A stretch of DNA of 64,000 nt from Lama glama (taxonomy: Eukaryota), in contig CM052829.1 of assembly GCA_028534125.1 (NCBI GenBank), positions 124,001 through 188,000 on the forward strand. Direction: 5' to 3'. Each line of letters starts with the position of its first letter. Positions within the stretch are counted from its first letter, which is position 1. The position numbers were made by a program, and so were the translations under genes. Positions 27,081 to 40,202 of the stretch are shown one piece after another. The notes below the pieces were generated by a model, which saw nothing but the letters and a program-made list of their open reading frames with translations, ran no database searches and had not been told where the DNA came from.

Positions 27081-29314
27081 ACAGAATAACAAAAATGATG
27101 AGAATGAAAGTCCACTGTTCTAAGGCTTTCACAGTGCACGTAACTATCTGAAAGCAAAGTGTGACAAGTTACAGATGTGTATTACTAACCCTAGAGCAAC
27201 CACTAAAAGCCAAAGCCAAACAAACAGAAACAGGTAAATCTAATAATCCACATCCAACAATAATCCAATAAAAAACAAAATACTAAAAATTACTCAATTA
27301 ATCCAAAAGATGTCAGAAAAGGATAAAATAAAGGAAAAACAAGAACAGAGTAAAGAGCAAAGTGGAAGACTTTAACCCAATCATGCCAATAAGTACATTA
27401 ACTATAAATGGCCTTATACTCCAGTTGAAAGACAGAGACTGACAGACTGGCTATGCTGCTTAAAAGGGGTGTACTTTAAACATAAAGGAATAGTTTAGAA
27501 GTAACAGGGTAGAAAGAAGATACATCACAATTACCAGAACACTGGGGTGTGTATATCAGTATTAGGCAAAGCAACTACAAAACAACAGGGAGTAAGACCA
27601 GATTTTTCTAACACAGGAAATCTCATCATGCTGAAGGAGTCAATTCATTAAGAAACATGAAAGTCTTGATGTACATGCACCTGACAACAGAACCTCAAAA
27701 ATACCTGAAGCAAAAACTAACAGAGCTGAAGGAATAAATACAGACGTCCACAACAGCATCCAGAGACTTCAACACTCTCCTTTCAAGAGGCACGAACAGG
27801 CCGACAGTCAGCAAGAGGCCTGAGCAGCCCCCTGCACTCACGGCTGGTGCGCACGGACCGCTGAGCCCAGCAACTGCACACACCTCGCCACCAGGGGCAC
27901 GTGGAACAGGGCCAAGCTAAGCAAAAAGCACACAATGTGCTTTATTATCCTCATCATCAGCAAGCCTGCGGTAGCTTTTAATTTTCACACCAGATAACAT
28001 AAACTTCACGTAGAAAGCCAGAAAGTTAAGAAGAGAGGAAAGTGACGATCAGTTGTGAGAGAAGTTCAGTCTGAGTAATTCTCCTGTTACTGCAGTTACC
28101 TAACAAAGTCACCTCTATGGCTGTCAATAAACCGCATTAGCAAAGTATGGAAGTTAAGTTAGTGAAGTTTATAAATTTTAACCTCATTTAAGAAAATACT
28201 CTAGAAACAATTCCAGGCCAGTATTATTCTATATCATCATTCATGACAAGAAAGAATATGGGCAGAGAGCCACATGAGAAAACAAAACAGAAAAAGTTGC
28301 TTCAATCCCATTTGGTTTCAAAGTTTATCATACAGGTTCCTGACTGCTTCTCAATCAGTGCAGACATCCTTCTCGTGTCCTGCTCAGGCCACACTGTGTC
28401 TGGATGCCCGCAGCCCGTGGGAGAGGCAGGACATGCTGCGGGTGCTGGGTGTCGAATAAAGCGGGGTGCAGAGAGCCCGCCACTCCCTGCCCTAAAGAAA
28501 AACCACGGTCAAAACACTTCAATCTGATGGTTCTATCACCGCCTTCAGATGACAGGTGTCTACTTTCTAGAAGAACATGGACAGTAATATCGGTAGGCTT
28601 GGAAATAACGGAGCGCAGGCAAATGGGTCACAGAGCACCTTTCACCAGGACCTCACTGCTTCTGCCCCTGGTCCCGACGGTGGCGTCGTGCTAAGCCCAT
28701 TTCTTACCACGTGCTCTCTGCTCCTACGACACTCCAGCAGGCCTGTCTCAGGTCAGCAAGGCCGCACAGAGGAGGGAACTAATGCATTAGGCATCACGAG
28801 CCTGTACACAGAGTGCTCTTCGACACTCCCTGTTCCCCACACTGTTCCTAACAGGGGTCACAGGGGCTGATCAATTTTATTCTTGGTGTTGAAGGTCCTC
28901 TCATTTCACTGGTCTGCACGGACAGCCCTCTCCCTCTACTCATGTTCCTACTGTGCAACAGAAATACAGATGAAAAACATAAACTCAAAAAATTACAAAA
29001 GCTCCAAAGGAAAATTTTGCTTATATTTTAAAATATGATGCACTAGACTTTATACAAGCATTTTATGAAAATCACATTTTGAGAGTAACTAGACATTGTC
29101 TTCTAATAATAAACTACACTCCTACAGGAGGAAAGGGTTTTCAAAGTTTTTAAAAAGCACAACTCCTTTTAAGGCATAAAAACATAACATCTTACTGAAA
29201 CAATGCACTCTTCTTTTAATGAATTCTGACCAACAACTCCTCATTTAACTGCACTCGTGTCCAGCGGGTTCTTGGAATTCAGCTCCAAGACGCGGCTCTG
29301 AGACACCAACTCAC

Positions 29315-29495
29315 CTTGGCTGCCCCCCAGCAGGAGGGAGTAGACACGCTGCCGCACAGGCCGGTATACCTGGGCCTGGCCGGGCAGGGTGTGGTCCAGC
29401 GCGTCCTCCAGGCTGTTCCCGCACTCCACCTCCCCGCTGCTCAGGACGTTGTACACCAGGTAGCTCTCCGCCTGGACGTGATGTGCTCTGGCGAC
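29315..29495 (-). CDS. FAM120B: FAM120B coding exon 3 (181 bp)
   Basis: CAG|GTC acceptor and CAAG|GTGAGT donor; encodes VARAHHVQAESYLVYNVLSSGEVECGNSLED...YRPVRQRVYSLLL; phase 0 to 1. Confidence 0.95.
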
Positions 29496-29639
29496 CTGCT
29501 CGAAATTTAAACGCAACTGCTTTCTCCTTGAAAACAGAAAGAGGGACCTTCAAGAGAAAATCAGAATCTGAGTGACTGTCCCTCAAATTCGTGACGCTGA
29601 GCTGACATGTGTGCTTCCTTTCCTTGGGCTGCTAGCTCA

Positions 29640-30240
29640 AAACCTTTCATTCCTCCTCCTCCTCCATCTCCACCCCCCACCAGACCTGTCATATTCACTT
29701 CCGCTGTCACCTCGTCCTCTGCCCACCTGACAGGAGCGCTGTCACACCCGGCACCCCTGCTCTCACCCCACCTCTCCTCTCTCCAACCCAACCTCACACC
29801 AGCAATATCCTGTCTTCCTGGAAACAGGTCCAGTCACTACCCTCCTCAAAGCATCCAGGGGCTACCATAGATTCTTCAGCCTAAGAGCCAAGGCCCCCTC
29901 GAAGGCCTCCATCTCTTTCCCGTGTACATCATTCCACCTGATTCCACCTCACAGACTCTCAGGGACCCAACCTCCACTGTCCGCAAGAGCCCTCCCTGTG
30001 CTCTGGTAAACGGATCCCCCTCCAACCAGCCACTTCACAGCCCTGCCCCATGGGCTCACCTGAAGGGTCACCTTTCCATAGAGCCTGTCATCCTCCCTGG
30101 TTGATGGGGCTCAACTCACACATACCTTGCACTGGCTATCTGCCTCACCTCTCGTATTAAACCATAAACCCTCTGGGATTAGAAACTGTATCACGTTCAT
30201 TCACTTGCCCAATAGTTTTTACTGAGCAAAATCCACGCGC
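29640..30240 (+). mobile_element. L2 relic
   Basis: cactaccctcctcaaagcatccaggggct pattern within a C-rich tract. Confidence 0.45.
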
Positions 30241-31639
30241 TGAGCACTCATTTCTCTCTGCCCTGGACGCAGCACCCTGTCTGCATGCAGCAGGTCATCA
30301 GATGCACGACTTAGACTGAACCACCTTCTCATTCCATCAGTAGTTAAGACCAGAAGGCTACAGTCACCCAGCTACAGGTTTTATTTTCCTGTGAAGAACA
30401 CTCTTCCTCCTGCAGGAACAGTCATCTGGACTACTCTCCAGAACTTCGATCAGTCTACCACAGCAGGCACTTAACCGCACTACCAGGATAACCTAGAGCC
30501 TCAAACCCCCATGTCCTGTGACTCCCCCATAGCAAGGCCGCTCCAGCCACACCGACTCTTACCACACACCTGGCTCTTGGTCCCTTCGCCTCTCTCCCCC
30601 CAAAGTGCTGCCTGACTACACTGCTAGGCCTGAGTGAGTTAACACACGAGGCTTGGCGCACACTGAGGGTCAACAGGCGTTTGCTCAGAGGGTCTATCTC
30701 ATCACCAACACTTATTTACACCAGGACAGAGACAAACCAGCAGCTTTGGGGTCAGTAAGGATTAAGAGTTCTGACTCGAAGCTCTAACCCAGCAAAGACC
30801 ACCAGAAGTGCCCTATTTCTCCACGATGCCCCTTTTGATGCAAAATCTGCCAGGAACAATACAGTCAGGTATTTCATGACCCTCTCAGGGCAGAGTACCT
30901 TCTAACTTATTTTCCTATTCCCTCTTACATTTCATATTCTTCTCTGTTTCAAAAGAATTGGTATTTTGACAAATTTATCTATAAAGTTACAATAAATTAT
31001 ACTAATTGTACCAAGAAATCTCCAATTTTGACAACTGTAGAGAATTTGATATGTAACATTCTTTTCTTGGTGTACACTGGGTTTTCAGAAAAGTACTGCA
31101 AAATTACAGTTTTAATTCATTAATTAGCTCGTCATCTCAGCACATTTTACCTCTGTGCTTAACTGCAAGTATTGTACACAAATCTACACTTGGAAAAATC
31201 TTAACATATTCACCTCATCTGAACATTTTAAAGCGAGTATTCAACGCATCCTAGCCAGTAACTCTGGAGGAGACACCAACGGCTGCGGGCACTGCCCCAG
31301 TCACCGCTGCATCCAGCTGCTCTGCCCCTAAGGATTTCTGAGGAGACCATGTATGGTCAAAATACATACATTCTGGTGACCTACTAACGTGGCTAGAAGG
31401 CTCCAAGGAGAAAAATTTAAAAGGAAAAATTTCAGGGGAACTTAAGAAACTCCAAAGTTGTTCCCAAAGATATCACAAAGTTCAGCAAATGCGACCCTGG
31501 GACAGCACACGGCCGCCATCACAGCCCGCCCCCCTTTCGCCACAGACAGCCTCTTCCCAGCCAGGCTCTTTCTGCCAAACTCCCTGAAAGAGCAACCCCA
31601 TCCCAGCTCCTGCCTTTTCTGCCCCCAGACTGCTCCCGA

Positions 31640-32310
31640 AACCCCTATCACCTGACCTCCTCCAGGCCCCCGGCGACAACAGCTCTCCAAGGCCACCCAC
31701 ACCTCCTGCCCCACTCCCAGTCCAGTCTCAGTTCCTCCGCAGCACTGGACACCCTGCCCGGTTCTTCAGTCTCAAACCTGCCTTCTTGGGCTTTTGTTGG
31801 GGTGGTTCTCACCTCATTCTCCCATCCCCCTGACCACCCCTCACTCCTCAGTGCATCATTTCTCCTGCTTGAGAGGCTCCCATTCCACAGACGGCAGACG
31901 ACTTCCCGAGACTTCTACCTCTTGGCACCACATCTCCAGCAGCAGACCCGGCCCACCTAACCCTAACCATCAGGTGGTCCCTGGGAAGCCCTCCTCCTCC
32001 TGTGCGGCTCATGGCAGCCCCCCTGGCCCAGGCCTGAGCACAGGGGAGCTCACCTCCACAGCAAGGCTTGCCGTGCACCAGCGTCACTCCCGAAACACTG
32101 CTGAGTCTGCTGCTTCTGCTCTAGTCCCGCCGCCACTTTCCTGGTCCCAGCTCCTCTGTCTGTACCTGGGTTTCTGCAACAGCCCCATTAGCCCATTCTC
32201 CGCAGTGCGCACGACGTTTCAAACACAAACACCTGACCTCATCATACCTCTGCTTAACTAAAGCCACCCAATAGCTCCTCAACGAGCATGAAAACCAAGT
32301 CCTAAGCTCT
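31640..32310 (+). mobile_element. L2 relic
   Basis: ccattctccgcagtgcg...ttcaaacacaaacacctgacctcatcatacctctgcttaa pattern. Confidence 0.5.
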
Positions 32311-34822
32311 CCCCAACTGCACGTGCCACCCGTGGTCGGACCTAACCTGTCAGAACTTGCCCTGCAGGAGCCTGGGCAAGACAACAGCCCAGGTGGGGAC
32401 GGCGGGTGGGTGTGGCGCATGCAGGCAGAGGTCACGAGCAAGCGCCCAGCCAGGAAGTGCCCAGAAATGAGCAGAGAGGGCCTGTGTGGTGCTATGAATG
32501 TGGCAAGTGACTGATGGGTTTGTGAGGCCAGTAAGTCCTGGGCTGGCTGAAGAGCAGACCCTGCCCACCTGCTGCCAGAGCCGCCCTGCCTGCCTCCCCA
32601 GCTCTGCCAGTGCCCCCGCCTGGGGCGCCTTTCCACGGCCTGTCCTTCAAGCAGACGGCTACAGAGGCTGTGAGTACTGCGTCAGGTAAGACCGGGGGCA
32701 GGGTGGTCTTCACTCTCCTGCTCCCAGACTGCTGACACGGCGTGCTGCCTCCCCACGTGCCAGTGAACTCCTGGGCCAGCAGGGAAGACGGCTGTGGTCT
32801 CGTAAAGCATCACAGGCTTGGGTTTAAAGCCGGGGTCTGCCAAGTACTAGTTGTGGGACTGCAGACAATGTCACTTGATCTTTTCACTCCTCTGTCCTCA
32901 TGTGAGAGGAGACAAGGGCATGGAGCTGTGTGATGCCTATAGGAGACAACGTGAGGAAAGCCCTTTGAAGATTACAAACTTCTTCAGAAAGCTGTGCTGC
33001 TGGAGAGCCGTCTCTGTGCGGTCAATACTAAACTAATGCTCCTCCCCTACCTGCACAGCAACACTGAACACACGTGGGCCAAGTCCAGACTGGTCCTCCT
33101 CCATCCATTCTCTGCACCCCTTTCCCCTCTCCTACAAAGACAACCCCTGGTTCTCTGCCGGCACCCACCTCCTCCCTCCTCCCCCACTGTCCTGTCTGCT
33201 GTTTCCTACCACCTGTCAGGATGTCCCCACAGAGGTCCACTGCTAACCTTCCTCCACCTTCACACCCAGATTCTTTTCCTCCTAAGAAGCAGTTAAGAAT
33301 GCTTCCAGGTGGAATAATTTCTTCACTTGATAAGACTTTTTCACCTGTAACTCTCTCAAAACATGAGTCACATTCTACCTCTTCTGCAAGTTCCTATGTC
33401 AGTTAAGTGGCTCGTCTGCTACAACGTATGGAACAGAGAAAGAGATGAAAGGCTAATTCAGAAAGAAGAATCCTTGCAGCTGTGCAAAGGGAGGGAGGAC
33501 GTCATTGAGAAGAGAATCTAAAGATGCCAGAGCCAGGAACACCCCCCGAGATCTAACCTGAGGCCACTACAAGACAGACAGTGTGACAGGACCAGGGCTG
33601 GGCAGTGACAAGGAGAGACAGCTCCGGCCTTGCAGAGCGGCCCTAGTCTAGCAGGAAAGACAAGAATCAAACATGGAGCTCCAGGGAGGTGTGCTGTAAA
33701 TGTCAGACACACATGGTGGGCAGTCGGGGCTCCTCTGAGTGTGTGAGAGAAGAGCCAGCCGGCACTAACTAGCAGGAGGGGCAGAAAGCCACTGAGGGGA
33801 AGAGAGTGCATGCAAGGCCTGGACAAGGTGAGGGGCAGACAGAGCTGGGGCTGCAGGGAGTGCCAGGCAGCTGCCATGGGGGACTCCCTCCTGAGCTGTG
33901 AAGTGCAAATGAAGGGCTTGAATTCTGCACGCAGCATGACAGACGGACTGCAACAGGCAAAAGCCTGTTTAGGAAGAGCTCTCAGAGGTGACCACAGTAA
34001 TCCACACAAGTGTAAGAGCCACTGAAGAGATCAGAGCAACAAGACAGGAGACATGGTTCCTAGATTTGTAATTTGGGTAACTAGATGAAAGCCAGGAACA
34101 ACGGAAAGTCTGTGGGTTAGGGCATGAGTGGCTGCGCACTTTCTGAGATGGACAGTCATGTGGACACGCACCTTCTCTCTAACCCAAGGACAGCGAGCAG
34201 GTTAAAGGAGACAACACACGAAGTGCACCCAGCCGGAACCTGCGCGCAACAGCTGGCTATTCGGCAGGGGCTCCGTCAAAACCTGAGGCTCTACCTTCCC
34301 TTCAGGATTATATCCAAACTCCCAGCATGGCATTTAATAGTCTTCACAATCTGGCCGTGGTCTGTCTTTTCCATTTTTTTCTCCCTACTTGTCCCTTCAG
34401 ACTCCATGCTCCCACCTACTATTTGGCCCTTGTCCCCAGTGACATAGGTTCCAAACGCCACACCTTCAGCGTTCCCACAGCCCTGAGCCTGTGCCCTCTG
34501 AAGCAAATCTCAGGCCCCATGAGGTATGGCTCCAGCTCACCATCTTCTGGGAATGTCTCTCTGTAACCCAGCCCACGGTGACCTCACCCTCCACAACAAC
34601 AGCCCTCTCCCCTTAACAATCCAGCAACAATGCAGAACAGTTCACCAGGTGAGTTTTCACCAATATGAAGTCATACTTCCTGGCCACATTCCCAGGGCTC
34701 TGTTCTGTGTCTACCACAGTGTCTCAACCTTGCAGGTCATCAATAAATATTCACTGACAAATCCATCAATGGATACGTCTTCAATCATGGCATCTTAGAT
34801 TTGGGTGGGCACACCTACATAC

Positions 34823-36019
34823 CTTTAAGATTTCAGGATCTGAAACCATGGTTACTTGTTGCTTGATTTCAGGCTCCGTATCTATGGGGTCTTCTTGTTG
34901 AATTTCAGGGTGTGTACACATGGGAGCTTCTTGCTTGGAGTCAGGGTCTGTACACGTGGGTGCTTCTAGGTTAAATTCAGAGTCTGTACCGGTAAATAAT
35001 TTCTGATTGGAGTCAGGGTCTGTACACATGGATACTACCTGCTTGTTCAAAGTTACTACACCTTTAGGTTTCTGGAAAAACCATGGAGATTTCTGTCCTG
35101 GCAAAATATACGATGCAACTCCTTTGTAGAAAAGAGATCTGTTTGGTCCCAAAGGTAACATCTCTTCTAGTTTTTTCTCACCTTGATGCAAGTGAAGAAC
35201 TTTAGAAATGTGGTCTGCTACAGCTAAGATGATGTTACCTTTTTTGTCGAAGTTCTCTCTGATGGAGGTGTAGGAAGACAAGCACTTGTAGCGAAAGCTT
35301 TCAAACATGCCCTCCGGGATGATGTCGTTGCCCAGCAGGCAGGCCAGGAGAGGCAGGTCGCACAGGCTGAGCCCCAGGCTCTGGCAGAGCTTCTCCCGGC
35401 ACAGCATGATGGTGTCCAGGCTCTCCAGGCACAGCTCGCTGATTGAGAAGTAGGGACAGGTGTCGTAAATTAAGTAGTCTGTGTCCTCTCCAAGAATCCC
35501 GAGACAGTGGTTCTGGAGGCCATAGGAAGCCACCTCGTAGTCGGCCTCCTGTAATGAACACAGAGTCTCCTGACCCAGGGTCTTCAGAGCAAACCGCGTA
35601 AATATGGCCAGCCCCGAGGGGATAAAGAACATGTTCCTGCCAGGCTGCTCCTTGCGGGACTTGACGTAATGGAAAATCCTGGCTATCTCCCTGTTGTTCT
35701 TGAGTCTTCGTTTCACCCACTCATCTCTCTTGTTCTGTTCCACCATGCCATCAAAGAAGAATATCAACTTGATGCCAGCAGTTGTAAAAGTTTTCACAAA
35801 TTCTCGCAAAGAGGAAAAGTACTCTCGCCATTGGCCACCACAGATCCAAGAGTCTGGCGTGTACCAGTATCTGAGGCAACACATGGCGTCCACCACGACG
35901 GTGGGAGTGCATCCGGGGTGCTCGCTCCGGTGGCGCTCTGCCAGCTCTTTGAAGTTTACTGCAGTGCAGACATGTGGGCAGCTACTTCCCACAAACCCCT
36001 GCAAGCCTCTCACGCCCAT
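34823..36019 (-). CDS. FAM120B: FAM120B coding exon 2 (first coding exon, 399 codons): PIN/FEN1-XPG-like nuclease domain plus 12-aa repeat region
   Basis: Translation MGVRGLQGFVGSSCPHVC...FFFDGMVEQNKRDEWVKRR...EADYEVA...GEDTDY...LLGND is recognisable FAM120B. Acidic residues D44, D90, E158, D160, D179, D181 and D232 are intact. ATG at 36019; donor AAG|GTATGT after 34823. Confidence 0.97.
34826..35041 (-). repeat. FAM120B: Coding tandem repeat, 6 degenerate 36-bp (12-aa) units in FAM120B exon 2
   Basis: QVVSMCTDPDSN / QKLFTGTDSEFN / LEAPTCTDPDSK / QEAPMCTHPEIQ / QEDPIDTEPEIK / QQVTMVSDPEIL. Confidence 0.9.
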
Positions 36020-36387
36020 AATGAAACTCCTGGACGGGCATGGAAAGGAAAGGAAATTAGTAATTATGGAGCTACTGTGACACTTACAGCAACTTTCAAA
36101 GCAAACCCCAGACAGTATTTGACATTCAGTCTCTGTCTCCAGCATGTTATGGCGCACGCTGCTGGCCAGGAGCCTGAAGAGTCTTCCGTGGACACACACC
36201 ACGGACGTCACCTACATGTGAGGTGACTAAGTGGACTTCACAGGACAACACGGCCCAGCACTCTCTTAAGAGCTTCACAGAGGTTATCATTCCTCAATAA
36301 AATTCAAAAACAGGTTAACAGTTTCAAACAAGTAATACTCCCCATCTAGGAGCTCAAACTGAAGCTAATTTCAGCAAAACTAAAACA

Positions 36388-36712
36388 CAGATTGATACAT
36401 GCAACATGGATGTTTTTCAAAATAACCTTGCAGAGTGAAAGAAGTCGGACGAGTATGAGTCCACTCTGTATGAGTCCATTCATGTAAAGTGGGCACCTCA
36501 CTGAGCGCTGAGCTGACTGCAGGGCAGAGACCAGGGCTGTCGGGTAGGGCGGGCGGGAATTGGTGGAGACGGGGCGGTACACATGTTCGCTACCTTGGTT
36601 GTGGGGATGGTTTCATGGGTGAATACGTGCTAAACATTTCAAACTGTTCACTGTACGTATGTATTCTTTCCTGAGTGTCAAATACATCTCAGTAAACATG
36701 TTAAAAAGAAAA
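36388..36712 (+). mobile_element. L1ME/L1MD-type 3' end fragment
   Basis: tgatacatgcaacatggatg...gagtgaaagaagtc...gatggtttcatgggtg...tacatctcagtaaa. Confidence 0.65.
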
Positions 36713-39700
36713 CTACATGAAAATGTCCACAACATTTGAGATGGTCACTGACTGACTTTGAATGGAAAACCACCCATTCTAAAATGTAAAAATAAACAAG
36801 AGTTTAGATCTGGGGAGAATCTAGGCAGAGCCCGTTACACAATAAGGAGGATGTCCTCACGTGTAATAAAAGACATAATACAGGTAATAACATCCATCAG
36901 CGATCAGAAGCCTTTATCTTAATGGCCTATTCTTTTCACTGATTTTCTTTAGGAGTCATCAGGGCTTCATGTCCTGTTACAACAAAACAAAAAAACCCCA
37001 TTATGCAAACAGCAGTGCAAGAACGGTGCCTTCCCCAGGCTGAAGACTGAAGGCAGCCACCAGCTACCAAGTGAGCCCACCTCCTACCAGACAGAGCTGG
37101 CACTGAATGCACACGATCTCCAATCTTTAAGACAGCCCTGTGGGTAAAAAACTATAAGCTCTACTTCACAAATGAAGAAATTGTAAATAAACTATGGTCG
37201 AGCAAAGGCACCCCTGCAGATTACCTTTTAAGACTGTACTCCCTGTTAATGACACTGACCCCTAATAGTAGATTTTGAAGTTATCTGTTTGGCAGCCAAA
37301 AATAATTTTTAAAAAATACAAAAATTGAGTGGACATAAAGAGCATTTATGTTGAAATTTAGAGAGGTGTGCTCATTAAATTATTACATGTAATGGAATAT
37401 ACAAATCCATACCCCCCAAACCACTGTAGGCCTATTACTAGTGTTGGGTTTATCTTGGGAACATTACCAAGGAAGATGTGTTTCAGAAGCAGAAAAGTGG
37501 ACTTCATAACATGATCTCAACCACAAGGCCGTTCTCCAGTTGGGCCCTCTGGGCATGGTTTGCAAAGGGGATATGTGTCAGAATGCAAAGGGCTGTCAGA
37601 AAAGACAAAAAACCAAAATGGATTAAAAAAAAAAAGCAGCAATGTTTGTGGACGCTGAGTGGACTCAAGGTACCTCTCAGCCACGTGGAGCCTGACTGTT
37701 TCCTGACTGGTTCCGTGCTGAGTGGAGCCCTGCTCCTCTCCGCACGGGGCCCTCCCACCACGGAGCCGGCCTGCACGCCCAGCCCCGCAGACCTGGGCCC
37801 GTTTTGCCCAGCGGCTCTGCCACAGTTGTGTTGGCTGCCTTCCCTCACGATAAAAAGACATTTTTGTTTCAAGCGTTTTTCTACTAAAACTGCAAGCGAC
37901 AACACTGAGTTTCTTGAAACACTCTCCTCTTTATTTTGCAAGAAGTTGGGCTCAGCCTCCGCTTTGATTTTATTCAAATGTTTTTCCTCCTTTTTCTTAC
38001 CCCAGTAGTGAAAAGCTCACTATTTTTAAAACATGTACTGTTTTTCCTGCCTTTCACACTGCCAGTTCCTCACAGCCTGAATCACAAATTACCTCAGGAA
38101 TGTTACGTCACAATGCCCTCTTCTATGGCATCTACAAAGAAAAATTCGGACAGGCAAAGATTTGGGAACTCGGGGCAACAGAGGATGCCTTCTGATATCT
38201 CAGCTCCTCACAGCATCAAATACTCACACAGCCCACCATCAACGCAGTTAGTGTGGTGTGAAATAAAATGCTTAAAAAGACAAATTCTGTGGCATTACCT
38301 TTTTAAATTTTCCTCTGGCTTTTTAAGTCTTTTAGTGCAAGAGCATATACTGAGGTTTTACATTCTCTAAAGGTAATTTTTAAGATGATCACAAACACAT
38401 ACATGTTATATATTATATATTACATAAACATACACTATAAAATTATATACTTACATAATATTTCACTTATCACACCTGCAAGTTACACAGGAAATTTTCC
38501 TTATCTAGATAATTGTTCAGAAAGAAAACAAAAGTTATGTCTCTTTAGGCAGGAGCCCTACTGTCCAAAATACAGTCTGGGGGGGGGTCACCCACTTTGA
38601 TGTGGGACTCAGGGCAATGACACCACTCTCTGTCACGTCCTAGCACCCAGCACAGTGTCTGGCATGTGAGGGGCCTAGCAAGTTATTTATGAATGAATGA
38701 AGGCATCAAAGGGCAGGTGTATAAAGAGAAATTGGGAATCAACTGCGGGCAAAGAAAGAGGACAAAGAACCGTCTGCCCTCAAGGAGCTGACAAACTGGC
38801 ATGGGAAGAGGCATCAGTGTAGGAGGCCCATGAAGGCACAGCCGCAGGCACACAAGTATGGCTGGGGCCTGTAGCAGTGGCAGTGGCCGCACGCCCAGGA
38901 ATGGCTCACTCTCCTCACACTAGACCCATCCCTGCCTACCGAGCTACCAGGGAATGAGGACGTGGAGAGAAGGGCAAAGAGAAACCCAGACAGAAGGTCC
39001 TTTACCACAATCTCTCAATCAACAAACCCCTGGAGAAAGGGCGAGAGGCAGGCTTCAGCAAAAACACATGCACATCGCCTGCCAGAGAGAAGGGCTGAGT
39101 CACTCTGGACACAGGGACAGTGGACCAGGGCCAGCCCAGGGCACACCTCCCCTGGGGAGCAGTGTTTGCAGGACAATCAGTACCAGCAGTTGTGGCCACC
39201 TCAGGCACACCCACCACCCCACCAGTGTCAAAGCAGAATGTTCAGCAAGCATAAGTTAATGAGGGGGCTGTAAGATGGAAAGCTGGTCGAGAGCGCATGT
39301 GAAGAGCTGGCTGACCAAAATGACCTTTTGTAAACAAATCATGTTAATGTCTTACAGAGCAATAAAACCATAACCTTGGGATATAACTTTACCAGACAGG
39401 AATAATTCGTCTCCACAAGACAAAGTCTACAAATTAACATGTATCACAGTGCTTGGGCTCTAATCATGAGTAAACAGCAAAGTAAAACAGGGAGGTACAC
39501 TCTGTTAGAAAACTGGATAATCTTGGGTGAATCTCTTAAACAAGGGCCCAGGATTCAGCAACAAACACACAGTCCTCTTGTTCCCTTGCTTCATTTCTGA
39601 GTTTCCGGTGACTGTTCTCTCAGGGGTAACATATGCTGGCACGGACTCTCTCCCCTCCTCTCTGCTAACCTACCTAAAAACAGGAACTTACAGGGACCTT

Positions 39701-39829
39701 TCAACACAGCAGGGTGACAAGAGGGACTGAAAATTCCAAGAGATGAACACGTGTCCTGGGCCAGTGCACAGACACAGCCATGCTCACAACTACCAGGAAC
39801 TCGTGAATGTGCAGCCAACCAGGGGAGCA

Positions 39830-40202
39830 GGTAAACCAAGGGTGGCCGCACTCAGACTGTGCCCAGGCCCCACACGGCCTCCATACAGGACTCTGGGACT
39901 ACTGACCCAGATGCTCTCCTTGACCACACTTCAGTCAGGGTCCTAGGCCCTCCTGCCCACAGGCCTCCACCTTGAATGCCAAGTTCATCCCCACCAATTT
40001 CAGCAAGATTCCTGCTCAGTCAGTTTCACAGAAAATCCCACCCTTGAAATCTGATTACCCTGATGATCAGAGTAATCCCCACCCAACCCTGACTCTCACT
40101 GACCTTCACTCTACCAGAGACTGCCAATCTCCCCATGCAAGTCTTGACTGAGGTCTTTCTCACTGTCTCAGCAAGTTGTCAGAGTGATGTTTTTCTTTAA
40201 CA
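39830..40202 (+). mobile_element. ERV1-type solo LTR relic (MER31-like)
   Basis: ttcagcaagattcctgctcagtcagtttcacagaaaatcccacccttgaaatctgat core and a ...ttttctttaaca terminus. Confidence 0.5.

Larger units (their letters stand above)
25400..27910 (+). mobile_element. Old L1M (ORF1 to ORF2 endonuclease region), fragmented by nested insertions
   Basis: A-rich degenerate ORF1-like sequence, aaaattctgtatccggcaaaata, then ORF2-start signatures (acattaactataaatggcctt, gcacctgacaacagaacctcaaaatacctgaagcaaaaactaacagagctgaagga). Confidence 0.7.

Noticed and set aside
27886-27900. CTCF-like CCACCAGGGGCAC
   Set aside because: One base short of the core spacing and lies in an L1 relic.
36020-36211. 64-aa N-terminal extension of the 476-aa FAM120B ORF
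   Set aside because: It runs through a branch point, pyrimidine tract and acceptor, so it is intronic read-through. The recognisable protein starts at 36019.
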